Positions 1-12,300 of a stretch of 64,000 nucleotides of DNA are shown here, in pieces. The DNA lies in the IMG/VR virus record IMGVR_UViG_3300003177_000005, positions 1 through 64,000 of that record; one strand, 5' to 3'. Position 1 is the stretch's first letter. Every line of letters begins with the position of its first letter. Below the pieces are notes generated by a model. It searched no databases, was not told the DNA's origin, and worked only from the letters and a program-made list of their open reading frames with translations. The translations under genes were made by a program, and so were the position numbers. Origin of the DNA: a virus.

Positions 1-3000
1 TTATCAGGCCCAGTCTTTTTATCAAAAGTTTTAGTTTTAATCTCTGGGATACCTGTATTTTTAGAACCTGTTACTGATGTGCCTACACTAGGAGTTGAAG
101 TACTATTAACTTGACCCAAGTCTGTATTAACAGGTTTCTTAATCGATGGTATATTAAGCTTTTTACTATTTTCTATAGTAGGACCTACCTGTTTAACTTT
201 ATCACTAGTCTTTATTAATGTTTCTGCTGAATATTCAGCTATTTTTTGTGCATTAGGAAACTGGATGTGGTTTGGATCTTTGCCGTGTCTTAAAAATCCT
301 GCACCTAATTCTGGATATGACTTAGCATAAGCTCTCATAGATTGAGCGATGATAGCATTCTCACCAGGATCTTTATAACCTTTAGACGATATTATATCTA
401 TAGCTCTACCACCACGATGTTTGGAATTTAATGTCCAAGTTATTTTTTTACCTGGTTTTGTTCGACCTTTAGCATAAAGTAATTCTTGATCAGCTAAAGA
501 TCGATTTCCACCCATCCAAGGTATTTGTATCTTTATACCTCTAGCTAACATATGTCGAGAGAACTCATCATAAAATCGTCTAGCTTCGGGACCTAAGGTA
601 CTATATCGGATACGAGTTCCTTTATTATGTAGATAAGCACCACTACCATCTACCTTAGCTATAGCCTTACGAGCATTAGTTTTATCTAACTGTTTATATT
701 GTTCTTTCTCGAAATTACTCTTAGCTTGTGGTGTATTATCCTTATAAGGGATATCGCTAGTATTATTATCACCGTTGCGACTTATATCAACGAGATGTGT
801 TTTACCGTTTGTAGTAACAGTTTTAGTTTGCACAACTCTACTAGGGTTTTGGATATCTGAAGTTTTACTATTAACATCTCTTTTATCAGTTTCTAGACTA
901 CCATTATCTAAAATTTCTCTCATCACTCTTAAGGTAGCACTTAAATCTTTAATAGTAGTACCTATTGGTTGTCCATACTTGGTTGTACCAGGATTTTTAG
1001 GATCTTCTATAGAAGCAAATTCAAATGATAGCAATTCCATAAAACTTATATTATCTATACCTTCGTTCTTCCATTCTTTATATTTACGCTCAATATTTAG
1101 TTTATAAATTATTAAGGCATCTTGTAAATCAGGTGTAAAGATAACATTATCATCTATTTTAAGTTTCTTCTTTAAGTAGTCTAAAGTTTTCTTAACGAAC
1201 TGATACTTCCCTACAGCTGTTGATGGGTATTTACTTTTCTTTGTCTTATCAGCTAGAACATCTTGGAATGCTGATACTTCTGCTAGTGTCATACTAGTTA
1301 ATGGTTTTGGTAAAAGTTTTCTATAAAGTTTACCACCATAAATAGCATTATAACCAAACCCTTTATCAGTTCCTTCGCCTTTTGATATTCTATCCAAAAG
1401 AATGTAATCGACTTTTTCAACTTTTATTATTTTACCACCTACATTTATCTCTTTAGGTTTTAAATCTTTATAACTACTTGTAGAAACTTTATTGTTAACA
1501 TCGTTTAGATTACTTACATTTGCTGTTAGTTTAGTTACATCTGAAGTATCTTTTGTTTTACTACCTTTATCGTCACTCTTTATACCTAAAACATCTTTAA
1601 GTATATTAATTAATGACTTACCTAACCCTTCCATTATTTTAGCTATAAAACCTTTTGTCTTCTTAGGTTTAATTTTACCACTACTATCGTGTGTACTTTT
1701 AAACTTTTTGAATGTTTCTTTGTCAACCTTTTCAATATCTTTACTAATAGCTAACATTTCAGTTTTTTTATCTGTCAACTTTTTATTTAAACCAGCAATC
1801 TTTTTATCTAAGTTAGCTAAAAATACTTTTTGTTCAGCTTTAGTACCTTTAGGATTTTTTATAAACTCTTCTTTAGCTTTTATTGTCATTTCGAGTTCTT
1901 TAAAGATATCGTTATACTCTAAACTCTTCTTGTAAAGTTTATCATTAAGAGCTTTCTTTTTACTTTCTTTTTCAGCTTCAAACTTTTTCTTTAATTCACT
2001 ATCAGTTAAACTTTTAGCTTTTAAAACACCTTTATTTTTTATAGTTGTGTTTATAGTCTTAGTTAAATCTTTAAATTCTTTATCTTTTTTAGCTAAGAGT
2101 GTTTTATCCTTTTCTAAACTTTTACTTACTTTATCGATACTATTTTGGTATGTCTTATATTCTTTTGAACCTTTCTTAAACTCTTTTTGTTTTTTAGTTA
2201 GATTATCTAAAGTCAATTGTTCTGTTTTAACAGTATTAACTAAAGGTTCTTTTTCTTTCTTAAGAGGGGTAAGATATTTTTCTTTTAAAGTTTCTCTTAC
2301 CTTGTTTTCATCAACATTTGGTAATTTCTCTTTAAGTTTCTTTTCTTGTTCTACTAAAGTTTGTTTTTCTACTTCTAATCTTTTATTAAGTCTTTTTAAA
2401 ACATTATCGTAACGCTTAACCATAAAAGGGTTATCTTTATGTTCCTCTTTTAGTTTCTTAGTTTTAATTATTGCTTCTTCAATAGTTTTAATACGATTTT
2501 TTTGTCTATTAATTTTAGCAATACTTAATTTCTCTTTGTCCATACCTGTTAACTTGTTATAATCTTTAAGAACTTTACTTTCTATACTCTCTTCTGTTTC
2601 AGTCTTAACAAATTTAGTTTCTGTATTATCAGTAATAGTATCACTAGATTTAGTTGTTTCTTTTTTCTCACTAACCTTTTTAATAGTTTTAGAATCTTTT
2701 TTACTATCTGATGTTTTTGTAGTAGTATCTTTAGCTTCTTCTCTGGCTTTTAGGATTCTCTTATCGTCTATGTCATTAGCTTTAGCCTTACTAGACATAG
2801 CCATAACTATAGCACCTATAGATAAAGGATCTATAACACCCATCGCTAAATCTTTTACCATACCTAAAGAGTCTTTACCAAATTCTTTTAAGGACATCTT
2901 TCCTGAAATTAGTTTACCTATATTTAATGCTGTTTTACCACCATATTTTAAACCTTTGTAAACATTCTTTAGTACAGGTATCTTACTCATAATTTTATCT

Positions 3001-6000
3001 GTAAAACCAAGTACTGATTTAAAACCAATCTTAGAGAAAGGATTCTTAATCTTACTAAACTTACTTTTAATAAAATTCCATCCAGAACCTAGTTTAGATA
3101 TTAAACCTTTTTTACTTGAAGTTTTTATCTCTTGAGCACCAGCTTTAGTAGCCGAACTTAAATCTTTACTAAATATTTTACTAGTTAGTGAAGTCTTAGT
3201 ACCAGCTAATGCTGATATACCTTTAGTAAAAACAGCAGGTAATAAAAACTTGATAGCCGATAATGTACTACTCATAGTTAAACCTATATTAACCAGATCA
3301 CTTAAACTAGTATCTTTACCATCTTCAGGTTTTGTTGGTTCAGTAATAACTTTTGTTGTTTCAGGTTTACTATTAAGATTTGGTGTAGATATCAAATTAG
3401 TTTTAACCTGGTCATCTTTATGTTGCGGTTTATTAGGGATCTGATGAGCTTTAGCATACTTCATAAACTCTTCAGCATCTTTAGCCTTTTTCTGGAAATC
3501 TTCATCTTCGTGACTATTAAGAGCTGTTGGTATTAATACTCCTGCTGCAACTCCGCCAGCAACTTTAGCCAAACCCCGACTTTTAGAAAAGAAATTAGCT
3601 GCCTTACTTAATGTATTGCGAACAATACTACCTTTTTGAAATAAACCTTTACCCCTACTTAATAAATTGAGTCCACCTATACCAGCTTTTATAAGTAACA
3701 GTTTAATAGATGATAAAATACCGCCAATACTTTTAATGGGATGTAGAATTAAATTAAAACCACCTTTTATTATACTCTTAACACCACTAAATAAAGATAA
3801 TAAACGAGTGCCAAACCCAGACTTAGGTTTTACCATCCACCAAGCGAATTTAGCTATTTTTTCTAATCCCCAAAATCCAGCTTTTAGAAAATGTTTAGCA
3901 AAGAATGTAACAGGTGTTAATAATGTACCTAATACACTTTTAATACCAAAGAACCGACCCATCAAACCAGTCAGTCCACCAGCTGGAGAAAGAAAAAATT
4001 TTGATAAACCAAAAATCCCACCAGCGATACCACCCACTAAACCAAATAATGATCTAAATACACCTTTACTTTCTTTTGTAGTTTCTTTTTTCCTTTTAAT
4101 TTCTCTTTCTTTAAATTCTAAGTTGGCTTTTAATCTATCAAGAGTACCTGCCCTTTTAGCATTTCTTTCTTGTCTCTCTTTCTTAAGCTTCTCTTTTCTA
4201 GCGGTTTCTTTAGCTTCTTCTGACAGTTCTGTTTGTTCCTCAACATTATCAGCTGTGGTTTTAGTGTTCTCTTTAATAGTATTTAGAATACTTGAGACTC
4301 TATTAAAGAAACCAGTTATATCTGGTTTTGGTATATTACTTTCTTTCTTTTTACTTTTCTCCTCTTTCTTCTTTTTAGGTTTATCTTTCTTTTCTTCACT
4401 TTTGAGTTCTTTTTTAGTTTCTTCAACCTTTTCATCTACAGCTGTTTTAACTTTTTCTTCAATCTCGTTTTCATCTTTTTCATCTTTTGTTTTAAACCAA
4501 TTGAAAATCTTATCTACAACTTTAGAGGAGAGTGATTTATCTATCCCATCTTCAACTTTCTTGTTAATCTTTTCTTGACTAATCTTAGCTATTTTTTCAG
4601 CTTTATGTAAGATATTTGGATCTTTACTATCATACCAATCTATCTTTCCAGATTTAATTAATTTTTCTCTTTGGTCTTTTTCTAATTCATCTCTTATAAG
4701 TAGAGAACTCTTTTGTTTACTTTCTAAGAAGATTTTAAATTTATCAAACTTATCTTTACCAAAACCTTTAAGTTCTTTTCCAACTTCTTCCATATTCTCT
4801 TTACTGAATAATCCTTTAATAAAAGCTCTACCACCATCGACAAAGGTTTTATTTTTCTTTTCCTTAAATGGTATCTTTTTTTTACTCTCTCGTCGTTGTT
4901 CAAACTTACTTTTCTTTTTTGGTTCTTTATTTTTATTTTTCTTAACTCTTAGTTTCTCATACTTAGATTCTCTCTTTTTCTTTTCTTCTTTAAAACCGTA
5001 CTCTTTAAGAAGCTCTTCCATCTTTTCATTAACAGTATCTTTAACTTGTTCATAACTATCTATCCCCGATTGTTTAAGTTTTTCTTTTTGTTCTTTTAAA
5101 AGAGCTTTTCGAGCTTTAACTTTATCCCCATCGTGTTCTTTAAGAAGTTCTTCATATCTTTTATTTAGTTCTTCTTTTTTCTTAGTTATGACTTCATTAA
5201 TGATTTTACTATAATCTTCTTTTTTCTGTTTAGCTTTTTTATATTTTTCTGTAACTATACTTTGTACATTCTCACCTTCTTCTTGAAGTAATTGTTTAAA
5301 AGCTTTACTAGCATCTCCATCGTACTCTATAAGTAATTCTTGATATCTTTCATTTAGTCTATCTCTATTATTTTTATAGAACTCTTTTAAATCTTTAACA
5401 CCAGTTATACCTTTTGAATATAATGATAATATCTCTTTTTGAAAATAGTCGATAGTAAATATACCACCCATCTTATCAAAAGCTTTTTTAATCTTTTTCT
5501 TAGATCTATCTGGTATCTTATCTAAAACTTTATCTTCATATAGTTTCTTAGCTTGTTTAAATTGTTTAGTATTTTTAACCTCTTTAAACAAATCACTAGC
5601 TGTACCTTTTATATCTAAATCATCAAGTTTCTCTTTTAGACCATCTTTAGCTTTTTCATAAGCATTATAATTAGCATCGTTTTTCTCAACTTTGTCAGTA
5701 GCTTCATTAGTTAGATAAGTTAAATACTTTTCCTTATTAAACTCATAACCACCACTTCTTTTGTTATAAGTAACCCAATCAGTACCCTCAAGTGTTGCAA
5801 TATTACCATCTTTAAAATATTTTAATAATTGACTTTCTGGATTCTCTAAAGACTCACCTATTCGTTCTAAATTATCTTTTAGAGATTTATGTGTTGCTAT
5901 AGACTCATTTGTATCTCCACTAACTGCTTCTGTTATAGCATTCTTAATTTTCTCAGTTAACTTTACATCATCTATCTTAGAATAGAAATCAATACCTAAA

Positions 6001-7586
6001 TCATCAATACGACCAATCTTATGATATAAAGAGTAATTTATTAATGCTCTAGAAAGTTTTCTCTTTTCTATTTTAGTAAAAGTGGTTTTACCTTCTTTTT
6101 CTATAGTTTTAATAAAATCTGTAATATAACCTGAAACATAACCATCTTTAGCTATCTTTTTAATTTTACTATCAAAATTTTGTTGTAAATCTTTTTCACT
6201 TATAAATCTTTCAGTATCATAATCATATGTTACTTTCTTTACGTCTTTACTAGAACCTTTTCTAATACTTTCTACATTATATAAAATTTTGGTTAATAGC
6301 TCTGGGATAACTTTAGTTTGAGCTATCTTCATTCTATTATCTAAAACTGTTTCAGTATCAGGTGAAACCTCTGATTTAATAGTTGATATACTATGTGCAT
6401 CTACATCACCACTAAATAAACCACCAAATCCTCTAATTATCTTAGCCCAAGTAGGACTCTTCTCTTCTAACTTATCTGCTCTCTCATTTATTTTAGACGC
6501 TGGGTCTATAAAGAAATCATTTATTTTGTTCATTCTTTTATTAAAGAAATCAAAACTTCTTAACTTTCCAGCTACTCCATCAAGTATTTTATCTTTAATA
6601 CTATCAGCTACCATACCAACAGCCATCTGTTGTTTAGACATACCAGGCATATCTTGTTCTAACATAGGTGTTATAGTACCAGCTAACCCCATTACATTAA
6701 CGAATGAATCTGTAGCTGTATCACCTAATCTTTTAACCTTATTAACTAATGCAGTCGACCACTTAGTTCTAGTAACAAAATTATTTAAAAGGTTTTGTCC
6801 AAAACTATTTAATGCACCTGCTTTAATTGCTTCTGCACTTCTCATTTTTACTATATCTGGCAACATACTATTATGTACAAGCTTAGTTGTTATTTCTATA
6901 AGTGAACCAGTGAAAGGTTTTAATAAGTTAAAAGTTGATTGTTGTATATAAATAGATCTAAATTTAAGTTCTAGAGATTTTCTATAATAAGCATCGGTTG
7001 CTCTAAACCTAAATTCATTAGCACCTTTTAACTCAGCTTTAACTTCAGCTAAAAGATGCGCTTGGTCTTTATTTACCTCTGCTGTTTTTTCTCGTTGTAT
7101 CATTTCAGCTATAGATGTTCTAGCCATAGTTTCACCAAGAACATTATTTGTTTCTCTTAATGCTCTTTGTTCTACTGTCTCTTGTTGAGAACCACTATTT
7201 TCTCTGATATCAAAAAAACTTCTAGTCTTTTCCAATACTGATTTAAAAAATGGTATATGACCTACAGATTGGTCAGCTATATTAGTTATACTTCTTATAG
7301 TATCTTTACTATTCTCTTTTACATAATCTAATTTATCTTTTAGATTTCTCTCAACATCATTAACTACATTAAACATATCGTTAGCACCATCAGGCATAAC
7401 TTTTTTAGCAAAATTTAAAGCTTCTCCTTCTGGGTCACCAGTAGCAGTTTCTTTTAATGCTGAAACGAAGTCTGATTTCAATGTTGCTGGTTTTCTTTTT
7501 TCACCTTCAGCACCCATAGTATCGAAATCGAATTCATCCCCCATAGCGAAATCGCCTATATCTATATCTTCATTATTTTCATTCAT
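1..7586 (-). CDS. Giant tail tape-measure-like virion protein (phiKZ gp181-like) with two C-proximal peptidoglycan hydrolase domains; 3' end lies beyond the window
   Basis: Not in the ORF track because it runs off the edge. ATG at 7586 after GAAAGGG. Same frame found at the start, middle (3578) and end when spot-checked. N-terminal YYRKSLELKFR...LPDIVK resembles gp181-family proteins. Lambda-lysozyme-like segment ~1410-960 and M15 peptidase segment ~600-255. Divergent from the vRNAP genes. Confidence 0.85.
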   Translation of the reverse strand, partial: MNENNEDIDIGDFAMGDEFDFDTMGAEGEKRKPATLKSDFVSALKETATGDPEGEALNFAKKVMPDGANDMFNVVNDVERNLKDKLDYVKENSKDTIRSITNIADQSVGHIPFFKSVLEKTRSFFDIRENSGSQQETVEQRALRETNNVLGETMARTSIAEMIQREKTAEVNKDQAHLLAEVKAELKGANEFRFRATDAYYRKSLELKFRSIYIQQSTFNLLKPFTGSLIEITTKLVHNSMLPDIVKMRSAEAIKAGALNSFGQNLLNNFVTRTKWSTALVNKVKRLGDTATDSFVNVMGLAGTITPMLEQDMPGMSKQQMAVGMVADSIKDKILDGVAGKLRSFDFFNKRMNKINDFFIDPASKINERADKLEEKSPTWAKIIRGFGGLFSGDVDAHSISTIKSEVSPDTETVLDNRMKIAQTKVIPELLTKILYNVESIRKGSSKDVKKVTYDYDTERFISEKDLQQNFDSKIKKIAKDGYVSGYITDFIKTIEKEGKTTFTKIEKRKLSRALINYSLYHKIGRIDDLGIDFYSKIDDVKLTEKIKNAITEAVSGDTNESIATHKSLKDNLERIGESLENPESQLLKYFKDGNIATLEGTDWVTYNKRSGGYEFNKEKYLTYLTNEATDKVEKNDANYNAYEKAKDGLKEKLDDLDIKGTASDLFKEVKNTKQFKQAKKLYEDKVLDKIPDRSKKKIKKAFDKMGGIFTIDYFQKEILSLYSKGITGVKDLKEFYKNNRDRLNERYQELLIEYDGDASKAFKQLLQEEGENVQSIVTEKYKKAKQKKEDYSKIINEVITKKKEELNKRYEELLKEHDGDKVKARKALLKEQKEKLKQSGIDSYEQVKDTVNEKMEELLKEYGFKEEKKKRESKYEKLRVKKNKNKEPKKKSKFEQRRESKKKIPFKEKKNKTFVDGGRAFIKGLFSKENMEEVGKELKGFGKDKFDKFKIFLESKQKSSLLIRDELEKDQREKLIKSGKIDWYDSKDPNILHKAEKIAKISQEKINKKVEDGIDKSLSSKVVDKIFNWFKTKDEKDENEIEEKVKTAVDEKVEETKKELKSEEKKDKPKKKKEEKSKKKESNIPKPDITGFFNRVSSILNTIKENTKTTADNVEEQTELSEEAKETARKEKLKKERQERNAKRAGTLDRLKANLEFKEREIKRKKETTKESKGVFRSLFGLVGGIAGGIFGLSKFFLSPAGGLTGLMGRFFGIKSVLGTLLTPVTFFAKHFLKAGFWGLEKIAKFAWWMVKPKSGFGTRLLSLFSGVKSIIKGGFNLILHPIKSIGGILSSIKLLLIKAGIGGLNLLSRGKGLFQKGSIVRNTLSKAANFFSKSRGLAKVAGGVAAGVLIPTALNSHEDEDFQKKAKDAEEFMKYAKAHQIPNKPQHKDDQVKTNLISTPNLNSKPETTKVITEPTKPEDGKDTSLSDLVNIGLTMSSTLSAIKFLLPAVFTKGISALAGTKTSLTSKIFSKDLSSATKAGAQEIKTSSKKGLISKLGSGWNFIKSKFSKIKNPFSKIGFKSVLGFTDKIMSKIPVLKNVYKGLKYGGKTALNIGKLISGKMSLKEFGKDSLGMVKDLAMGVIDPLSIGAIVMAMSSKAKANDIDDKRILKAREEAKDTTTKTSDSKKDSKTIKKVSEKKETTKSSDTITDNTETKFVKTETEESIESKVLKDYNKLTGMDKEKLSIAKINRQKNRIKTIEEAIIKTKKLKEEHKDNPFMVKRYDNVLKRLNKRLEVEKQTLVEQEKKLKEKLPNVDENKVRETLKEKYLTPLKKEKEPLVNTVKTEQLTLDNLTKKQKEFKKGSKEYKTYQNSIDKVSKSLEKDKTLLAKKDKEFKDLTKTINTTIKNKGVLKAKSLTDSELKKKFEAEKESKKKALNDKLYKKSLEYNDIFKELEMTIKAKEEFIKNPKGTKAEQKVFLANLDKKIAGLNKKLTDKKTEMLAISKDIEKVDKETFKKFKSTHDSSGKIKPKKTKGFIAKIMEGLGKSLINILKDVLGIKSDDKGSKTKDTSDVTKLTANVSNLNDVNNKVSTSSYKDLKPKEINVGGKIIKVEKVDYILLDRISKGEGTDKGFGYNAIYGGKLYRKLLPKPLTSMTLAEVSAFQDVLADKTKKSKYPSTAVGKYQFVKKTLDYLKKKLKIDDNVIFTPDLQDALIIYKLNIERKYKEWKNEGIDNISFMELLSFEFASIEDPKNPGTTKYGQPIGTTIKDLSATLRVMREILDNGSLETDKRDVNSKTSDIQNPSRVVQTKTVTTNGKTHLVDISRNGDNNTSDIPYKDNTPQAKSNFEKEQYKQLDKTNARKAIAKVDGSGAYLHNKGTRIRYSTLGPEARRFYDEFSRHMLARGIKIQIPWMGGNRSLADQELLYAKGRTKPGKKITWTLNSKHRGGRAIDIISSKGYKDPGENAIIAQSMRAYAKSYPELGAGFLRHGKDPNHIQFPNAQKIAEYSAETLIKTSDKVKQVGPTIENSKKLNIPSIKKPVNTDLGQVNSTSTPSVGTSVTGSKNTGIPEIKTKTFDKKTGPD

Positions 7587-7661
7587 AAACTTACCCTTTC
7601 TATATAAGAACAGTTTCTAACAACTTTCTATGACTTAATCATAAAATAGCATAAAGGAAAT

Positions 7662-9302
7662 ATGATGGCATCTATAGATGATAAATTTAGACTAGAATTA
7701 GATTTGCTAGTTTTACGAAAAGATGAGGTTAAAAAACTTTTACCAGTAACAACATCTTTAATTTTTGATAAGAATGGGAATGAATTTAATACTAAAGGTT
7801 TATTTAGTAATGAAATATTTGGCCCTATAGGGTCAGAAGAAAGATATGATAAAATATCCTATATAAATTTAAAAACTCCTATACTTCATCCAGCAGCTTT
7901 TGATATATTAATTGGTTATAATTCTTTATATACTGATATAATAAATGGTAAAAGATATGCTAAATTTAATAGTAAAAGTAAAAAGTTTGAAGAAGTTGAT
8001 ATGAGTGAAGGAGAAACTGGTTTTGGTTTTTTCTTAAATCATGTGCAAGAATTAAAATTAGAAGATAAAGAAAGTCGAACAGGACAAGAAAATAAAGAAT
8101 TCGTAGAGATGTGTCGTAAAAAGAATAATTTGTTTATGACTTATTGTTTTGTTACTGCTGCTGGTTATAGAGAATATTATGTAGCCCCTGATGGTAAAGC
8201 AACGATGGATGTAGCAAATGAATTCTATTTTAAGATATTAAACAATACTACATTATTACCAGAAAAACCATTAAATAATAATGATAAAATTCTATTATCC
8301 AATACACTCTTAAAGATACAAAAATCTGTTTTAGAATTACACTACCATTACTTAAGTTTGATGGATGGCAAACATAAACTTATACAAGGGGCTTGGACAA
8401 AAACAGCTATTATGGATGGTACAAGAAATGTATTTACTGGATTTAATGTTAAAGTTGATGATGTCTTTGATATTAAAAAGACTGTTACTGTTAACCATAC
8501 TGTTTTGGGTTTATACCAATATGCTAAATCTATTAACCCTTTAATTATTAGTAATATTAAACAACATGTTATGGAACGGGTATTTAATATAGATGCTGGA
8601 ACAGCTACGCTTATTGACCCTAAAACAAAAAAGAATATTATTATTAAATTACAAGATAAAACTTTTAACGATTGGACCACTAAAGATGGTATGGAGAACT
8701 TAATTAATAAGTTATCCAATGATTATGGTAGTAATGAAGAGATAATTATTGATGGAAATTATCTAGCCCTTGTTTATATAAACGATGATAAAGTAAAACT
8801 TATATTTGATACTTCAACAGTAGATGAGAAAACACTTAAAACTAGTAAACCTGTAACTTATGGTGAATTACTTTATATTATAAGTTTTGATAAAATAGAT
8901 AAATACCCAACATTTATAACTCGTTATCCTGCTACTGGACCAGGTAGTATTTATCCTAGTAAAACAATAGTTAAAACAACAATGAAAGATAGAAAATTAA
9001 AATTAGTTAGTTTTGACGATAGTTATATAGGAGATTTAGATCATTATCCCATAAAAGGTGAGAAATGGTTTTTATCATTAGCTCCACATAGTAGTAAACT
9101 AAAAGCTATGGGTGCTGACTTTGATGGGGATAAAGGTTCAGCCAATACGGTTTATACTAAAGAGAGTAGAGAAGAAATAGAAGATTTATTTAATAAAAGG
9201 TCTTTTTATATATCAACAGAAGGAAAATTACTAGATGACCCTGTTACTGATATAATAAAATTCGTATCAAAAACTTTAACTGCTGATGTTAAAGTTTGTT
9301 AA
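7662..9302 (+). CDS. Virion RNA polymerase beta'-like subunit (phiKZ gp180-like)
   Basis: GLFSNEIFG, ITRYP and catalytic GADFDGD motifs; AAAGGA RBS; next to the beta-like subunit. Confidence 0.92.
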   Translation: MMASIDDKFRLELDLLVLRKDEVKKLLPVTTSLIFDKNGNEFNTKGLFSNEIFGPIGSEERYDKISYINLKTPILHPAAFDILIGYNSLYTDIINGKRYAKFNSKSKKFEEVDMSEGETGFGFFLNHVQELKLEDKESRTGQENKEFVEMCRKKNNLFMTYCFVTAAGYREYYVAPDGKATMDVANEFYFKILNNTTLLPEKPLNNNDKILLSNTLLKIQKSVLELHYHYLSLMDGKHKLIQGAWTKTAIMDGTRNVFTGFNVKVDDVFDIKKTVTVNHTVLGLYQYAKSINPLIISNIKQHVMERVFNIDAGTATLIDPKTKKNIIIKLQDKTFNDWTTKDGMENLINKLSNDYGSNEEIIIDGNYLALVYINDDKVKLIFDTSTVDEKTLKTSKPVTYGELLYIISFDKIDKYPTFITRYPATGPGSIYPSKTIVKTTMKDRKLKLVSFDDSYIGDLDHYPIKGEKWFLSLAPHSSKLKAMGADFDGDKGSANTVYTKESREEIEDLFNKRSFYISTEGKLLDDPVTDIIKFVSKTLTADVKVC

Positions 9303-9314
9303 AAAGGAGAATAG

Positions 9315-12300
9315 ATGTTAACAAATGAAATTTTTAAACAAAGATTTATAGCTAAAACATTAGATCAGTTTGTCCACCATAAAGCTATAGATGTTAATAA
9401 ACTGGATATAGCTAAAGATTATGTTATAGGATGGTTAGGTTTTGATAATGATTTATTGCCAGATAAAGGGTTTATCTCTTTTATGGACGATAAACTTAAT
9501 GGTTACAACATAAACCTATATGAACCATATAATGTTGATGTTAGATACCGTAAGGATATAACAAAGATTAATCAATTTAAACAAGAAAGTCGTTTACATT
9601 TTGATTCTTTCTTAACTGTTAATAAAGACAAGATTAAAACACTAAAAGAAAAGAATGTTCCATTTATTATTAATGCTGGCGTTTTAAAAGAAACAATAAC
9701 AATAGATACAAGAGACTATATAGATTTCTTTAAAAATAATGATATAAGATTAAGAAGTCTATTAAACTTTTTTAAAACAAATCTTTTAACAAAACATCTT
9801 ATCATACCGATATCTATTAATAGTATTGATAGTTTAAACTTAGAACAAATGTATAGAGCAATGAAACTTAAAGATATGGCTCTTTATGGTTTAGTTAATA
9901 AAGATGAAAACTATTTCTTTAAAGAATTATTGGAGTTAATTCATCCTAAATATTATGAAAATTCTGTTTTCTTTAAATATGCTGATATACTAGATAGGAT
10001 AAGTTTTGCTTTTTATTTTAATAATAAAATAAAGTTCATTAATCTAGAGACATTACTAGGTAGTGTAACTGATATTTTCTATGTTCCTAAAAATGAAATA
10101 ATAACAAACAAATCTAATTTTAAAGATGTTCATAAGAAATTAATACTTTCTTTAAAATCCACTAAATTAGATTTAACATTAACTAAAAAAGATGATATAG
10201 ATACTATAGAAAAAAAGATTAAAGAAGAAGTAACTATCGAAAAAACCAAAGAGGTTATTTATAAAGAAGATAAATTAGAAGACTTGAATAAGATTAAGTT
10301 TGATAATAACCTAATTACTAAACATCTAAAATCCCATATAGAGATGATGGAGATACCAAAAGCTAAAGTTAAGAAAATAGAAGCTGAATTAGAAGAAAGT
10401 CTTAAACAAAATCCTATAGAAGAAATCGATATAGATAAATTAACTTTAACAGAAAAAGATGTTAATCTACCTGATTTAGATTTTGTTCAAGATAAAGCTA
10501 TGTTAAGAGATACTCTTAATGTAAAAAGACAAAAGATAATGAAATATGTTTTATCTAAAATATATAGAAATACAGTATTCAGTATACAACGAGGTGGGTA
10601 CATCATAAAGGAATACAAAGAAGTTCTTTTTAAAAATAACATAAGTAAATACTATGAATTACATTTTACTATTAAAGATATAGTTGGTAATAGTTATAAG
10701 CGTATGATGGTTGTTCCATACATTGAAGAAAACTCAACATTTAAAATATATGGAAATGTATATAAATTAAGATTTCAAAAACTAGATAATCCTATAAGAA
10801 AGATAGATGGTAAAACAGCTACTCTAACATCAGCTATAGGTAAACTCTTTATAAAAAAGGCTGATACTGGGACATATGATGCTAGCGTAAGTATAGTTAA
10901 ACAATTTAAAAGTCGTAATAATATTAAGAAGATTATTTTCAGTACTTTGAAAATAATCGATGTTAAACTACCTAGACAGTATTTTGTACTTTCTAGAAAA
11001 ATAAAATCTTTTAGTTATAGCGGTTATCAACTATTCTTAGATTACTTAAATAGAGCTAACTATATAGGAGTTAATAACGATTTAGAAAAAATAGAAAACG
11101 ATGGTTTAGTCCTCATAGGTTATAATAACTATAAAAAGAAGTTCCTACTTATAGATAACGATAACAAATTAACCGTATATGAAAATAATAAATACACAAA
11201 ATTAAATATGGATCTTTATCAGTTTTTAGATATAGATGTTGATACACTTAATGTAGAACACTCTACAGTTAAAATATTTAAATCTAGAATACCTGTTGCA
11301 TTATTATTAACTTATTATTTGGGATTAACTAAATTATTAGACCTCTTAAAAGCTAAATATGAAATTAGAGATACAACTACACTAAGAATGAACAAGAACC
11401 AATATGGTATTAGATTTAACGATAAATCAATAGTCATAGATAAAGATTATGGTTTAAACGATATGATACTTTATGGTTTAGTAACAGTTAATAAACATCT
11501 CAAAAAGATATCTATAAATACTGTAGATAACAAGAAACAATTTAGAGATATTTTTAGTATTATGGATTTACCTTTATTAGTTATTAATGAAATAGATCTT
11601 TTGGAACATCTCTTTATAGATCCATTAACTATAGTAACATTACAAAATATGAAAGAGCCTGTTAACTTACCTGCACTTTTAATTCGTGCTAGTGAATTAC
11701 TACTAACAGATTATTCAGGACATCCTAATAATGCAGATGAAATGCTTTTAAGAGGTGATGAAAGAATAGCGAGTTACTTATATAAAGAACTAGTTAATAG
11801 TTTAAGAACTTATAGAAATAAGAAAAGCTTTGGTCGTGCTACCTTAATTTTAGACCCTTATAAAATAGTTAAAACTCTACCATCTGATAGTGGAACTATC
11901 ATAGTTAATGATGTTAATCCTATTTTAGCATTAAAAGACCAAGAAGATACAACTTATACAGGGGAAGGTGGTAGAAGTAAAGAAGCTATGGTAGGTATAA
12001 GTAGAGAGTTCCACGAAAGTGAACTAGGTATAACTTCTGAAGCCACTAAAGATAGTTCTGATGTTGGAGTTAATGTATATACTACTTCTGCACCTAACTT
12101 TAAATCAGCTTTGGGAGATAGTAAAAAAATCACTGATGTTAAAGACTTAAAACCTAGTATGTTAAATAGCACCTCTGTTTTATTAGCACCTTTTGGTAAT
12201 AAAGACGATCCCAAAAGAAAAGGGTTTACATCTATTATGAACACTAACATAATAGCGACTGAAGGTTATAAAACACTACCCGTTATGACTGGTTATGAAG

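Noticed and set aside
775-6951. Plus-strand ORFs listed in the track (775, 1492, 2047, 2770, 3250, 3667, 6526)
   Set aside because: Leu/Ser/Phe-rich antisense shadows of the giant Lys/Glu-rich minus-strand gene; no RBSs
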